A stretch of DNA of 64,000 bases, taken from positions 11,904,001-11,968,000 of the forward strand of contig JAGIQG010000040.1 in NCBI GenBank assembly GCA_024679065.1, in the 5' to 3' direction. The stretch is from Sphyrna mokarran (Eukaryota). Position 1 is the first letter of the stretch. Each line of letters starts with the position of its first letter. Under the pieces are notes generated by a model. It saw only the letters and a list, made by a program, of their open reading frames with translations, did no database searches and had not been told where the DNA came from. The position numbers and the translations under genes were made by a program. This document shows, in pieces, positions 37,501-50,619 of this stretch.

Positions 37501-40421
37501 GTGAACTGTAGTGAATCCAGGCAATCTGGGAGGCTGGAACTGATTCATGTCATAACTATTCTTTTGCTGCATCACATGATATTGGACAAATGTGTCAGTG
37601 AACAATATTCATTAAGGCAGGCTGATTGGTTTTCCTTTGGTAGTGGCCTTGGTTTGAGTTTTTCTTACTTGGTGCATCGATCAACAACTTTCCTACTGAG
37701 AGAAGACTCACTGAGCTTCATGGTCCAGCAGGTCATAGTGGACCAGCTGCAAATACACTGGGCACAATGGCTTGTGCTAAACACTGAACCCTGAAGCATT
37801 GAAAGCAAACCCTGATAGTTGTGCTCTGCGTCATTCGAGTGTGAGATTACTGTTTCTTCCTGTGTTATGCGAACAGCAGCCACAACTCTGTGGTCTCCTC
37901 TCCAGAGTACAGGCTTTTGTAAGTATAATAGAGATTCTGAGCTGTCAAGGCATTAGGATTTCTCTCTCTCTCTGCCAACTGCTGTTAGATTCCAGAGGAA
38001 TGGGAGAAATCAACACTGTTTGGTACGAGCTCTGCTGCAGGGATTGTCAATAAGCTGTCTGAAAAGTGACAGATTACTACCTACAGGATTTCACAGGATT
38101 TTTTTTTTGTCAGGGTTACCCCCAAAATCTTCTCACTCTCCAAATCCCCCACCAAGTAGAGAGACTATTTACCTGTAGCTGAGTGAGGGTCAATGTTGAG
38201 GACCCCTGGAAAACTCTTTCCAAAATAGCATGGAGCAGCACGGTGGCACAGTAGTTAGCACTACTGACTCACAGCATCAGGGACCTGGCTTCAATCCTAG
38301 GCTTGGGTCATTGTCTGTGGAGAGTTTGGACATTCTTCCCGTGTTTGGGTGGATTTCCTCCAAATGTTACACTTTCCTCTCATGATTCAAAAGATGCACC
38401 GGATGATTAAAAACAAGGGGCCTGTTCTGGAACTCTTGCTGTTTGTAATTTTTCTAAATGGCCAGGACAAGGAATTGGAGGGATGGGTTAGTAAGTTTGC
38501 CGATGACACTATGGTTGGTGATGTTGTGGATAGTCTGTAGGGATGTCAGAGGTTGAACGTGACATAGATAGAATGCATGATTGGTCGGAGAACTGGCAGG
38601 TGGACTTCAACCCGAACAAATGTGTAGAAGTCCATTTCGGCGGATCCAATGGGATGAAGGAATATAATATCAAGGGTAAGCCTCTTAGCAATGTCGAGGT
38701 TTAGAAAGACCTTGGGGTCCGGGTCCATAGGGCTCTTACATCAGCATTGCAGGTGGAGGGTGTGGTCAAGAAGGCAGATAGTGTACTGGCCTTCATCAAT
38801 CAAGGAATTGAGTTTAGAAGTCAGGAGATAAGGCTGCAGCTTTATAAGACTGTAGTCACACCCCACTTGGAGTGCCGTGAGCAGTTCTGGTCGCCTCTTT
38901 ACAGGAAAGATGTGGAAGCTTTTGAAAGGGTGCAGAGAAGATTTACAAGGATGTTGCCAGGATTGGGTGGCATGCCTAATGAGGGTAGGTTGAGGGGGCT
39001 CGGTCTTTTCTGCCTGGAGAGACGAAGGATGAGAGGTGACCTGATAGAGTTTTATAAAATGTTGAGAGGTATAGATAGGGAGGATTCACAGGCTATTCCC
39101 CAGGGCTGAAATAGTCGCTGTGAGAAGATTCAGGTTTAAGGTGCTGGGGAGTAAGTACATTGGAGATGTCAGGGGTAGGTTTTTCACTCAGAGGGCGGTG
39201 GGTAAGGGAATCAGCTGCCATCAGTAGTAGTGGTGGCGACCTCTTTGGGGTCTTCCAAGAGACATTTGGATGTGTACATGGGATTTAATGGGATTGAGGT
39301 TTATCGGTAGACCTAGTAGGTAGGGATAGAATCAGTGCAACTGTGGGCCAAAGGACCTGTTTGTGCTGTAGTGTCCTATGATCTGTGTTCTATCAAAAGA
39401 GATTTAAATGATTCAGTTTGTGTAATCATTTTTAAAAATTTTTGTTCCATCTGCAGTTGAAATGGTGACTTATTCCCCTGAATCATATCTAATGTTGTTC
39501 TTCATTTCCTTCCTGACAGTGAATGTAATCACAATTGTGACATTGATGAGCAGAAACTGTGGTCTGTCCAGATGTGTCACTCGTTACCTGGTGGCCATGT
39601 CAGCGGGGGATCTGCTAGTTGTTATCCTCGACCTGATATTGAGACACATTCCCATCGTTTATTGGAGAAGGTTTTATTTTCTGCTATCAGTCCCCGTGTG
39701 TAACATCCACGCTGTCCTGCTTTATGCAGCCACTGACTGTTCTGTCTGGTTCACTGTCACTTTCACCTTTGATCGATTTGTGGCCATTTGCTGCCCCAAG
39801 CTGAAAAGTAAATATTGCACTGAGAAATCAGCGGCTGTGGTTCTGGGAACAGTGACGGCGCTGAGCTTTTTAAAGAACATTTTCTGGTATTTTATGTTAT
39901 TAAATCGCTATGAACTGGTGAACGACCCCTGGTTTTGTGGTTTCACATGGGAAGCTGCAGAATCTCCTGTCTGGGGAACAATCGAATTTCTCCACAACAT
40001 TATAACCCCGTGTGTCCCATTTGCCCTGATTCTGCTGCTCAATGCTCTCACCATCAGGCACATTTTAGTGAGCAGCAGAGCCCGCAGGAGACTCCAGGCT
40101 CACAAAAATGGGGAGAATCCCAGAGATCCAGAGATGGAGAGTCGAAGGAAATCCATCATTTTACTGTTTGTTATCTCAGCCAATTTCATCGTCTTATGGT
40201 CGATATTAATGGTTTATTCAATATGGATTCGGATGTATAATTTGGGCTATCAGTCAATCAGGTTGCATCTTTTTGTAATGGAATTGGGCTTCATACTACA
40301 ACTCACAAGTTGCTGCACAAACACTGTCATTTATGCTGTGACACAGACTCTCTTCAGACAGCAGCTAAAAGATCTACTGCAATATCCCCTTACTGCTATT
40401 CTTCAACTCAAGACACCTTGA
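34571..40421 (+). CDS. GPR139/142-like class A GPCR; two coding exons (34571-34787, 39520-40421), 372 aa
   Basis: Exon 1 ends YYPILAIVGVP with G|GTAAGT; acceptor TTCCTGACAG|TG; 7TM, FTFDRF, DPWFC, CTNTVIY. Confidence 0.9.
35205..36010. mobile_element. Penelope-like element remnant (duplicate of 15125-15925)
   Basis: Inverted pLTR ends; hammerhead-like CACCTGATGAAGGAGCAGCGCTCGAAAAGCTT at 35884-35915. Confidence 0.75.
38235..38400 (+). mobile_element. V-SINE 5' part
   Basis: GCAGCACGGTGGCACAGTAGTTAGCACT head and V-domain. Confidence 0.75.
38415..39395 (+). mobile_element. CR1 3' fragment in GPCR intron
   Basis: [32 protein letters not shown]; several stops. Confidence 0.88.
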
Positions 40422-40431
40422 CAGGAAACTA

Positions 40432-40752
40432 CAACCACAAGACAGCTCAGTGACTATCGCTGTGCTGTGCAAATACATGGATTTGGGCCCGTGTCTGTGG
40501 GAGTTTGCACATTCTCCCCGTGTTACGTGGGTTTTCTCTAGGGGCTCCGGTTTCCTCCCACACCCCAACGATGTGCTCTTAGGCTGATTGGCAAAACAAT
40601 TTCTCCCTAAATTGTCTTGCAAATTTAGTTCTGATACATAGATCTATAAATATAAACAGGGATCATGGGTAGAAGTGTGAACATTGAGGTGGCGGCGCGG
40701 ACTCGTTGGGCCGAAGGGCCTGTTTCCCGTTCTGTTTTGTTCTTTGTTCTTT
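40432..40752 (+). mobile_element. CR1 3' UTR tail inserted just after the GPCR stop codon
   Basis: Matches 11445-11758 including the V-domain and TTGTTCTTTGTTCTTT tail. Confidence 0.85.
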
Positions 40753-40754
40753 AA

Positions 40755-42140
40755 CCCCTGACTATTTCTGTTGGGCATTCATACGGTAAACAACAAAACA
40801 CTCTCACAGAAACAGAAATAGTTATAGATAGGGACAGAGGGAGGAGAGTGTTAGAAACAATGTGAGTGATAGAGAGATTGAGAGAGATTGGCAGAGAGAG
40901 GGAAAGGTACAAAAACAAGGATAACTTGATTTTGAAAGAATTTCTAACAGATACAGAGAAAGAAATAGACAGAGAGAAAGAACACAGACAGAGAGAGGTT
41001 CTCACAAAGCGAGAGAGAAAGGGATAAAGAGTGGAGAAAATGGTGAGGGTGATACACAGGGAACGAGAAAGGGAGATAGAAAAAGACAGACTGGAGGTTG
41101 TTATAAGAGAGGGAAAGGGAGATGGAAGGAAGATAGGAGACAAAAAGTGAGGCAGAGGAAAATAGCCAGACACAGATAGAAATAAAGATATCGAGATACG
41201 AAGTGGGAGAGAATGGGATAGAGTGAGACTGAATGAGTATAATGGAAACAAAAAGAACAAAAGACAGACAGAGAGAGAGAGGGGGGGAGGCACAGAAACA
41301 CAAAAAAGAAGCAATACAATTCAACTCAATACACCCTGACAGGAAACAACAAATACAAAACTCCTGACTCTTTCTGTCGGGCATTCACGCTTAAACTCCA
41401 AAACACCCTCATAGAATCAGAAATAGTTACAGATAGAGAGGAAGAGGACAGTGTTAGCAACAGTGAGCGTGATAGAGAGAGAGAGAGAGAGAGACTGGCA
41501 GAGAGAGAGGGAAAGACACAAAGACATGGAAGACAGCAGAGTTTTAAAGAGTTTCTAACAGGTACAGGGAAAGAAACAGACAGACAGAGAGAAAGAACAG
41601 AGACAGAGAGTGGCTCTCACAGAGCGAGAGATACAGGGATAAAGAGTGGAGAAAATGCCAACGTTGATATACAGGGAATGAGAAGGAAGACAGATTGGAA
41701 GTTGTAATAAGAGAGGAAAGGGAGATGAAGAGAAAACGGGAGACAAAAAGTGAGGCAGAGCGAAATAGCCAAAGACAGAGAGAAACAGAGATATAGAGAC
41801 AGAGAGCGGGAACAAAAGGGAAATAGTGAGAATGAATGGGTATAATAAAAACAAAAAAAAAACAAGAGACAGAGCGAGAGAGGGGGGAAAGGGCGAGAGA
41901 GACAGACAGACAAATTAGTAAAAGGGGGCAGAGAGTGGGGGAATGAGAGTGAGACTGAGAGGGAGCAGGGGAGACAGAGGAACAGAGTAGAGAGAGGGGG
42001 AGGGGGGGGAAGGGAGACAGACAGAAAGATACAGAGAGAAACATCGAAAGAGAGACAGAGGCACAGGGAGAAACAAGGAAAGAGTGACAAAGAGAAAGAG
42101 AAAGACAGACAGACAGAAAGAAACACAGAAAGTGGCGCGG
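40755..42140. repeat. Purine-rich low-complexity tandem duplication (~600-bp period)
   Basis: CCTGACT...GGGCATTCA...GAAATAGTTA unit starts at ~40757 and ~41363; strongly AG-biased strand. Confidence 0.8.
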
Positions 42141-43075
42141 AGACATATTTAATGATAACCATCAGGTGGAGTTATTGGAATATGAGTTCCCTGATTGAGA
42201 GTATTTAATGCTGTCCAATCCGGTGGCCCTGCAGGCTTTTATAACTTAGTGTGTCTTGGTTACGGGAACTCAGGGTGCTTACACTCAGGGTGCAGACTGG
42301 TAGTTTTATCACTAGATCAATAATACAAAAATTCAGCTAATGTTCTGGGCACCCGTGTTCCAATCCTATCTCGGCAGAATTTGAATAAATATATCTGGAA
42401 TTCAGAATCCGCTGGTGACCATAAAACAACATTGTCAATTTTCAAAAAAAATTCTGGTTCGCCAATGTCCCAGGGAAGGGAATCTGTAGTCGTTCTGTGG
42501 TCAGGCCTAACCGTGATTCCAGGACGCTTAATTGCCTTCTGAACACGGGCAACTAGGCGGCCGAATTGCGAAGGCAGATGCCTTGAGTTGGTTACAATTA
42601 ACAGACACTTGTATTCCCAATGGAAGAGACGTTAATCATGAACTTTATCAAAAGTCTCCCAATGACAGCCAATAATATTCAGCTATCGAGGGAAAAAATA
42701 CCCAGTCCTGAATAAACTGAAGTAGCTAGTGCTGATGGGGGAATCCAAAAGGCTGTTACAGCCGGAATTGTACCGTATTGGAGAGACAGAGAGCAGCTGA
42801 CTGTGGAAGATGGCACACGCCTATGGGGTTCAAGAGTGTCATCCTGAGCCAGGTTTACCATCCCATCCTGGCTGAAATTTATTTCGGAAGCTCTGCTTCT
42901 GTGTGTCTGTGCCTGTTTGTTTATCTGAATGTGTGTATTTAGCTGAGAGGCAGTGTGTGTGTGTATGTGTGTCTGAGTTTGTCTCAGCATTAGTGTCTCC
43001 TCTGTGTATCCGTGTTTCTGTGTCCTTGTTTGAGTGTTTTTATGTCTTTATATATTGTCTGAAAGTGCGTGCATA

Positions 43076-43115
<40 letters not shown>

Positions 43116-43147
43116 TGTATCAGCTTTTGTCTAAGAGAGTTTGCGAT

Positions 43148-43883
43148 AGAACAAAGAACAAAGAACAACACAGCACGGGAAACAGGCGCTTCGGCCCAAC
43201 GAGCCCGCACCACCGTCCTAACGTCTTAATGACATATAGAGACCAATATAGGGACAATTTGTTACCCAATCAGCCTAACAGCACATTTTTGGGATGTGGG
43301 AAGAAACCGGAGCACTCGGAGAAAACCCACGCAACCACGGGGAGAACGCGCAAACTCCCGCAGACTCAGGCCCAAATCTATGTGTCTGCACAGCAACAGC
43401 GATAGTCCCTGAGCTGTCATGTTGCCCATCTGATGGTCCAGTTTAAGCATACACTAACGACATGAAGCACTGGGCCACTCCTGAAGTAACATCCAAGAGC
43501 AGCCCTCGCACGACCTGCCAAATGCATGCACCTTGTTGGTCAACAAGGTGGACCGAACAGCCTGTGGTAACAAATAAAGTATTTAAACAGTCCTCCTATA
43601 TCCCTCTATCTGCAGACCGCTCATGTGGCTGTTCAAGAGACCCTTAAACAACCCTAGCGTGCCTGCTCCCACCACCTTACTCGGTAGTGCATTCCACACC
43701 CCCACTACCCTTTGTGTGAAAAAATGCCCTCTAATATTAGTCTTATACCTAGCCCCCCTCACCCTAAGGCCGTGACCCCTCGTTCTATCCGAATCTAATG
43801 GTGGAAAAAGCTTACCACCATTTACTCTATCTATACCCCTCATAATCTTATATACCTCTAATAGATCCCCTCTCAGCCGATGT
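43148..43883 (-). mobile_element. Young CR1 3' end (same subfamily as 17499-18336)
   Basis: [15 protein letters not shown]...FFTQRVVGVWNALP, 3' UTR and tail; inserted in a (TG)n-rich tract. Confidence 0.92.
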
Positions 43884-44348
43884 TGTCTGAGTGTGTGTGC
43901 ATGGTTGAGTGTGCGTTTTTCTGTGTGCGTGTTTGTTTGAGTGCGTTTATGTGCGTGTGTGAAATTATGTATGCGTGAGAGAGAGAGAGAGAGATTGCTC
44001 ACTATACTCCATGACTGCAAGCTTCTGCTCTTACTTGCATTGAAACATTTATAGTAGCTCTTTCTCAGCACACGTTCACTTTTCCATTAACTCTTTCAGC
44101 GCTGAGCCGAAAGTTCATATCTACAGCACACATAAGATCAGATTAATTTCCATGTCCTGAAACTATCGAAACAGCCCAATATATGCATTTGGAGCTCTGC
44201 TTTAGGACTCTGTAGTTGTAATTTTGGTTCTGGCTGTTTGCAGCTGAATGTTTGAGTTGTATTAATTTCTGCATCTCTGATCATCCAGAGGCAAAAAAAA
44301 AACAGAGAGAATCGTGACATCCGCCTGCTCCCGCTGTGCAATGGGCAG

Positions 44349-44362
44349 TCAGCAGGGGGCGG
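44349..44362 (+). promoter_or_regulatory. CTCF-like motif
   Basis: TCAGCAGGGGGCGG, one mismatch to CCASYAGRKGGCRS, in a small CpG-rich patch. Confidence 0.45.
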
Positions 44363-44589
44363 ACGTAGGGCGCACCTGGACACTGAAACAAAAATGTTCA
44401 TGCATTCATATAGGTTGTTCAATCATTCATTCAAAACTGAATAGCATATTTGGAAGATAGAGATGGGAAGACAGTGACCATGTCACTGAACTGTCCCAGA
44501 CTAATATTATGGGCACACGAGTTCAATTCACTTCCCCACATAGCACCCTCAGTGCACCAAATGCAATTTGAATTTTTGAATTCAAAAAT

Positions 44590-44885
44590 ATCTTTTAAGT
44601 TTCCTTATTTGTGTCATAGGCAGGCTTACATTAATACCGCAATAATGTCACTGTGATAATCCTCTATTGGGCACAATCTGGCGCCTGTTCAAGTACATTG
44701 GTGTAGAATTTAGCATTGTCAATGTTCCCAACCAGTACATTTTTCAGACTGTGGGAGGAAACCGGAACACCCAAAGAAAACCTACGGGGACAACATGCGG
44801 ACGCCGCACGGACAACGACCGAATCGAACCTGGGTTCCTGATGCTATGATACAATAGTTCTAACCAATATGTCAGTGCGCCGTCA
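44590..44885 (-). mobile_element. V-SINE
   Basis: Reverse complement of B-box GGTTCGATTC, V-domain GGTTTCCTCCCACAGTCTG and tail. Confidence 0.75.
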
Positions 44886-47800
44886 ATCCAGGTACAGAAA
44901 GGAAGGTGAGAAAGAATATACTTGGGATAGATGGGGTGCACCAAAAGTTCACCAGACTGATACATGTCTTTTGAAGAGAGATTGAGACGTGCATTCAATG
45001 AAATTCGGAAGAATAGGAGGTCTTATTGAAAGATATAAAATTCTGACAATTCCAGGATTAGGACCCAACAGTACCGAAGGAACGGCCGCTATATTTTCAA
45101 GTCAGGATGGTGAGTGACTTGGAGAGTGAATCTCATTTTGATGATGTTCCCAGGTATCTGCTGACCTTATGATGTTATCGCGGTAATGGCTGTGTCTTGA
45201 GAAAGTATTGTCTAGCGCTCTGGGCCCACGAATTCAAATCGCACCAACGGTGACAAGTGTAACTTAAATTTAATTAATAAAAATGTAGAATTGAAAATTC
45301 GGCTGAATATTAGATACCTTAAGAAAATTGTCATCTGTTGTTGCAATAGCACTTTCTGTGTACCAGTTCTGCACCAATATTCATTGGGGTTTGGAAGAAA
45401 ATTGGGGTGAGGGTGGTCTTACAGAAACAAGGGAATAAATAGGATAGAAGCAAGGATGCTGTTTCCACTGGCAGATGAAATTAGAACTAAGGGACAAGAC
45501 TTCAAAATAAAGACGAAGTGATTTTGAATTGTGTTGAGGAGGAACCTCATCACCTAAATGGCTGTGACTCTGTATAAATTCCTGCCCAGTGAAATAGCTG
45601 AGGCTACATCGTTAAACAGTTTTAAGGTAAAGATAGATTTTTGAGCAGAAAAGGGATTCAGTGCTATGGTAAGCAGGAGAGTAAGTGGAGTTGAGTCTAC
45701 AAAAACATCAACTATGTTTTTATTGAATGGCATCAGGCCTATTCCTGCTTCCAGTTTTTCTGTTCTTTCAGAAAGGAAATCTGTCTACAACCTGGACTGT
45801 GTGTGAGACAAGACCGAGAGAAATGTGGCCAACATTTACCTATCTTCTGAAACATCCAGTTACACAAGAGGCGAGAGGCTGCAGCAACCACATGGTGTAG
45901 AAAAATTAAAAATAAACTGTTCATCTCTTACATCTTCCAACCCTCATGCAAATACGTTAATCTGAAACCTGAACTCGGTTTCTCACTTGCACAGTTACTG
46001 ACTGGTTTAATGCAGGCAGCGTTTCCTGTTTTTGTCTGAAATGCTGCACTTTGGCCTAAGCTGGTTTCTTCCCTGAAAAGAAATGTGGGGCTCATTTTTT
46101 AGAATTCCAACTCAGCCTGTTTTCATCCTCGCTCTCCCTGCCTACCAGTCCCTCCTTAGTCTGCTCCAATGCTCCAGTGAAGTCCCAAGGACAGTCTTTA
46201 GAAAAAAGGGGGTGGCACATTTGGGAGAGAGAAGCATGGGAAGATTTTCCTCTCAGAGGGTCATGTGTCCCTGGAAGTCCCTCCCTCAGAAGGCAGTGGA
46301 AGCAGACTTTCAATATTTCTAAAGGCAGAAGGAGCTGGATTCTTAATAAACAAGAAGGGTGAAATGTGCTCAGGGTTGGCAGAAGCTTATAATAAGGTCA
46401 GCCATAATCTTGTTTACCGGCAGAGCAGGGAGAAAGAGGCCAAGTGAAAAACTGCTATTTCTCAGTAGCCTGTATGTTACTGTATACATATCAAAATTTC
46501 ATAGCAGTTTAGTAAGGTGCACGTGTAACAGGCGTAACAAAAACTGTTCCTGAAATCGATGATGAGCAAGTTGGACTTTCATCGCCAACTGTTAGGCTCT
46601 GTCATTCATTGTCTCAAAGACCAGAGTAAACATTTTCTGCAGTGACTTTCAAAAGAGAATGATTACAAATTGGAAAATATAACATGCAGAGGGACATGTC
46701 CCAACAGCAAATACAGTTTTTTTTTTAGCTCAATGAGATAGCAATAGTGCTCGTTAGGCCAAATTGCCTCATTTCTGAATATATAAATTGGATGAGTAAC
46801 GAGATTGATGGAAATGTAACACTTTCATTTGATTCATTAATGGTTGCTGCCTGAAGAATCGGGTAAACAGGAACTTGTTAATTCTATGATTCTTTCTCAA
46901 TAATTTTCATTCATTTGTCTAGGAGTGTTGTTCGCAGGGCCAAAAATTGTTGCTGATCCGAAATGCAAATTATGGCGGAATCCTTAATGCATAACAAAAC
47001 CAGAACATTCTGGAACATCTCAGTGGGTCTGACAGTATCTGCGGAGAGAGAATGGAACCAAAGTTTAGAGTCCGGATGACAATTCGTCAGGGCCATCTGG
47101 ACTTGAAAGTTAACACTATTCTCTCTTCACAAATGATGTTCGAGCTGCAGAATTTTTCCTGCATTTTCTGGTTTTGTTTTGGCTCTTGCTAATTGCATTT
47201 GAATAGTATAGTTTGCTAATGAGCATCTCAGATGATGGTTTATAGTCAAACAGGGAAGGGAACGGTGTGGTGATATTATCACTAGAGTATCAATTCATAA
47301 ACTCAGCCAATCTTCTGGGTTCCCCTGTTTGAAACCCAATTCAATAAAAATATCTGAAACGTCGAATCTACTGATGAGAGTGAAATCTTTGTCAATTGTC
47401 AGAGATAAAAAAACATCTGGGTCACTGTATCCTTTAGAGAAGGAAACCTGCCGTGCTTCCCTGGTTTGGCCAACACGTGAATCTGGAGCCACATCAATGT
47501 GGTTGACTGTAAACTGTCCTCTAAGAGCAACTGGAGATGGGCAATAAACGTCCATGTTCCATGAAAGAATAAAAATGCTGTGTATCAGGGAGTCACATGA
47601 AGGCCAGACTGTGGAAAGACCGCAGATTTTCTTTCTTAAGGCGGATAAGAAAGTGTTTCCACTCAACCTGATTGGGGACTTGGGACGGGGTTATACAAGC
47701 AAAGATCGGATAGAATCCATCGGAGTACAGAAGATTGAGTGATGATTTTTGAAACATATCTGATCCTTTGGAGGGCCGGGGGGGAGTCGAAGGGGTGATG

Positions 47801-47984
47801 GGAGCAGCGGTGTTAGAGTGGAAGCTGACGGAATGTTTAACTTTCCGGGACAGATTGGAAAGAGAGAGAAGTAAAGAATTGTTTCTTTTTTCAGATGCCT
47901 GCGTGCCTTTGGAACTGTCTTCTGCGGAAATCTCCTGCAGCTTCAGTCGCTGGGAAAGTCTCTGAAAAGATTCAGGCTTGTCGA

Positions 47985-48160
47985 CAGTTGGCAACATCTG
48001 GCCTCTCACCACTCCCCCCGGCTCTGCCTAACTGCCATCTCGCTGCTGGAGTTTCCAGTCCCGGGTGATTAAACCACAAGTTCTGCTCTTTGAACAAACT
48101 GAGAGGCTCAGTGAGCTGTTGAGTGAAACCGCACACTCGGCGGACTTCTTTCTGCCGTTG
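47985..48160. promoter_or_regulatory. Putative T-cell enhancer 3' of the TCR constant gene
   Basis: RUNX ACCACA (48073) and ACCGCA (48128), TCF/LEF CTTTGAA (48088), Myb TAACTG (48029) and CCGTTG (48155), NFAT-like TTTCCA (48052), E-boxes (47985, 47995) in apparently non-repetitive DNA. Confidence 0.5.
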
Positions 48161-48464
48161 GTCGCCTTGTCAACCAGACCCTGGTTCCCCCAATTAGCAG
48201 TGAACGCATGTATCATTACATCTCAACAGTTTCTATCAAAATAAGCAACCCGAAATCGATTAACCCTCCCGCTGCCAAGAAGCAGAAAAAAATAAACACT
48301 GATAGGGTTTTCAGAACGTGAACTTCGAGACTGAGAATGTAATTTGTGTCATTCCTGTAAGAGAGCTGGATCATTCCTCTCAAAATACCAAATACAGGTT
48401 GAGCAGTCACACTAAAGTTTGATGTTGGGAAGAACTGCCTCTGGGCAAGTCATCCAGAGTCCTA

Positions 48465-48780
48465 AGCACAGCGGTTAACTCTGCAGTGCCAGAGACACTG
48501 GTTCGAATCCAGCCTTGAGGAGCTGCCTGTCTTAAATGTGCACGTTCTCCCCGTATCTGCATCGGTTTTATCCCGATGCTCTAGTCTCCTACCTCAGCCC
48601 AAGGACGTACAGGTTGGGTGTACTGGCCATGCTAAAATGGACCTATGTGTCCCACAGATGTGCAGGATTGACCAGGATTGAGGGTAGGGTCTGGATTGAT
48701 TTCTCTTTCGGAGAGTCAGTGCAGACTCATTGGAATGAATGGCCGCTTTCTGCAATGTACTGTTTCTACAATTCTATTTT
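48465..48780 (+). mobile_element. V-SINE
   Basis: GGTTCGAATCC B-box and V-domain GCACGTTCTCCCCGTATCTG. Confidence 0.7.
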
Positions 48781-49464
48781 AACACGGACACAAAACCCAT
48801 CATGATAAATTGTTCTTCCCTTCCCCTTCAGGGGTGTTATAACAGCATCTTATAATTGCATGGTGATTAATCCAGAAAGCCAGAGCTAATGTTTTGAGCA
48901 CACATGAGAATTGAATTCCAGCCATGTCAGTTACAGAAACCTGAATTCAATAAAAACAATCTGGAATTCAACAATCGAACCATGAGTCACTTGTTGTTAA
49001 AACCCATCTGGTTCACTTCACGTACAACAGCACGATCAATGCAAACCAAGCGGTTCAATGGTGATTCGGGATGGGAAATAGATTCTGGCCCTGCCCACAA
49101 TGCACTTACCAATGAGTGAAGTAACAAATACTTTGTGTGTGGGAGTCGCTGGCCTGGCCAACATTTATAGCCCATCCCAAATGGTCCGAATTACCACTTT
49201 GGCCGTTGTAGTTAAACTGGGCAGAGGAAGAACGTTTCCCTTTGGGGGTTGGGAACATTTTGGGATTCTTCTCGCTTTCCCAGCCTGGTGTGGTTAGCTC
49301 CTCAATTCCCTCATTCCTATTAGGAAGCTTCCCCTCTCCCATTACCTTAATTCCCATTGTTTTTCGTTGTTATATTTTAAGGCGGGTGGGAGGGAGGGGC
49401 TGGGTGGGGGAGAGGGGGGTTGTGGAGGTGGCAGCATAATGATAAGACCACCAAAACCAAACAT

Positions 49465-50420
49465 TCCTGAATGGAGGGCTGTGACAAGGGCTTTACTCAG
49501 GGATCACTGCTGGCACCATTGCTGTTTGCAAATATATGTACATATATCTAATTGAATTGATTAGTAATTTGAAGACTTCACAAATGTTCTTCGTTTGTGG
49601 ATAGTGATGAGGACCATCAGAGAATACAGCAGGATATAGATCCGTTGGAAGCTTGATCGAAGGGATAGCAGATGAAGCTTAATCTGGACAAATGTGAGGT
49701 AATGCATTTTGGAAGGTCCAAAACAGAAATGAACTATACTGTAAATGGCAGAACCCTTAAGAGTATTGATAGGCAAAGAGATCTAGGTGTACAGATACTC
49801 AGGTCATTGAAAATGGCAATCCAGCTGGAGAAGGTAGTCAAGGAGGCACACGGGGCAATGAGATTAAAAATTGGCAAGTCATGTTTCAGACTTAAAGAAC
49901 CTTAGTTAGTCTGCACTTGGAATATAATGTTCAATTCTGGTCGCCCACACTACCAGCAAGATGTGGACACTTTGGAGAGGGTCCACAAAATATTTACCAG
50001 AATGTTACCTGGTGTGGAGGGCATTCACGATGTGGAAAAGTTGGAGAAATTTGAATTGTTCTCACTGGAACAACAGAGATTGAGGGGGTGGCCTGATAAT
50101 TAGCTAGAAGATTATAAGAGGCATGGACAGAAAGGATAGTCAGAAGGTTTTTCCCAGACTGGAGGAATCAATTGCCAGGGGGCATAGGTTTAAGGTATGA
50201 GCAGCAAGGTTTATAAGAGGCATTTTTTTTTACACAAAAGGTGGAAGTGGATACAGTAGAGACTTTTAAAGGGCGCCTTAACAATACATGCATAGGATGG
50301 AAATAAAGGGATGTGGTCCCAGGAAGAGTAATGGGTTTTAGTTCAGTCGGGCAGTGTGGTTGGTGCAGGATTGGAGGGCCAAAATTCCTATTCCTGCGCT
50401 GTAATTTTGTTTTTTTGTTG
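49465..50420 (+). mobile_element. Old CR1 3' fragment
   Basis: NLDKCEVMHFGRS, QRDLGVQ, CR1-type tail. Confidence 0.85.
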
Positions 50421-50619
50421 TTTTTTGTACTGGAATGGCTATTGAACGAATGAACCTCAGTCCTGAGACCAGGGTTCAATTGACGGGATCTGCCAGAAGG
50501 AGCCAGTATTCTCATGATGGAGCGAATGGCCTCTATTTGCGCTGCGCGACGTCAAGTGCACTCTGTTGACCATACCAAATGCATGTCTTACCATCGCGTT
50601 AACAAAGAGACAGAAGACA

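Larger units (their letters stand above)
31463..37578 (+). repeat. Segmental duplication, copy 2
   Basis: Colinear with 11404-17498. Confidence 0.95.

Noticed and set aside
40751-42162. Long Leu/Ser/Phe-rich minus-strand ORFs resembling membrane proteins
   Set aside because: Artefact of CT-rich low-complexity repeats
48216-48410. Hydrophobic ORF as an alternative TCR TM exon
   Set aside because: The nearest acceptor is out of phase with the TCR exons, it lies beyond the poly(A) signal and lacks TCR TM motifs
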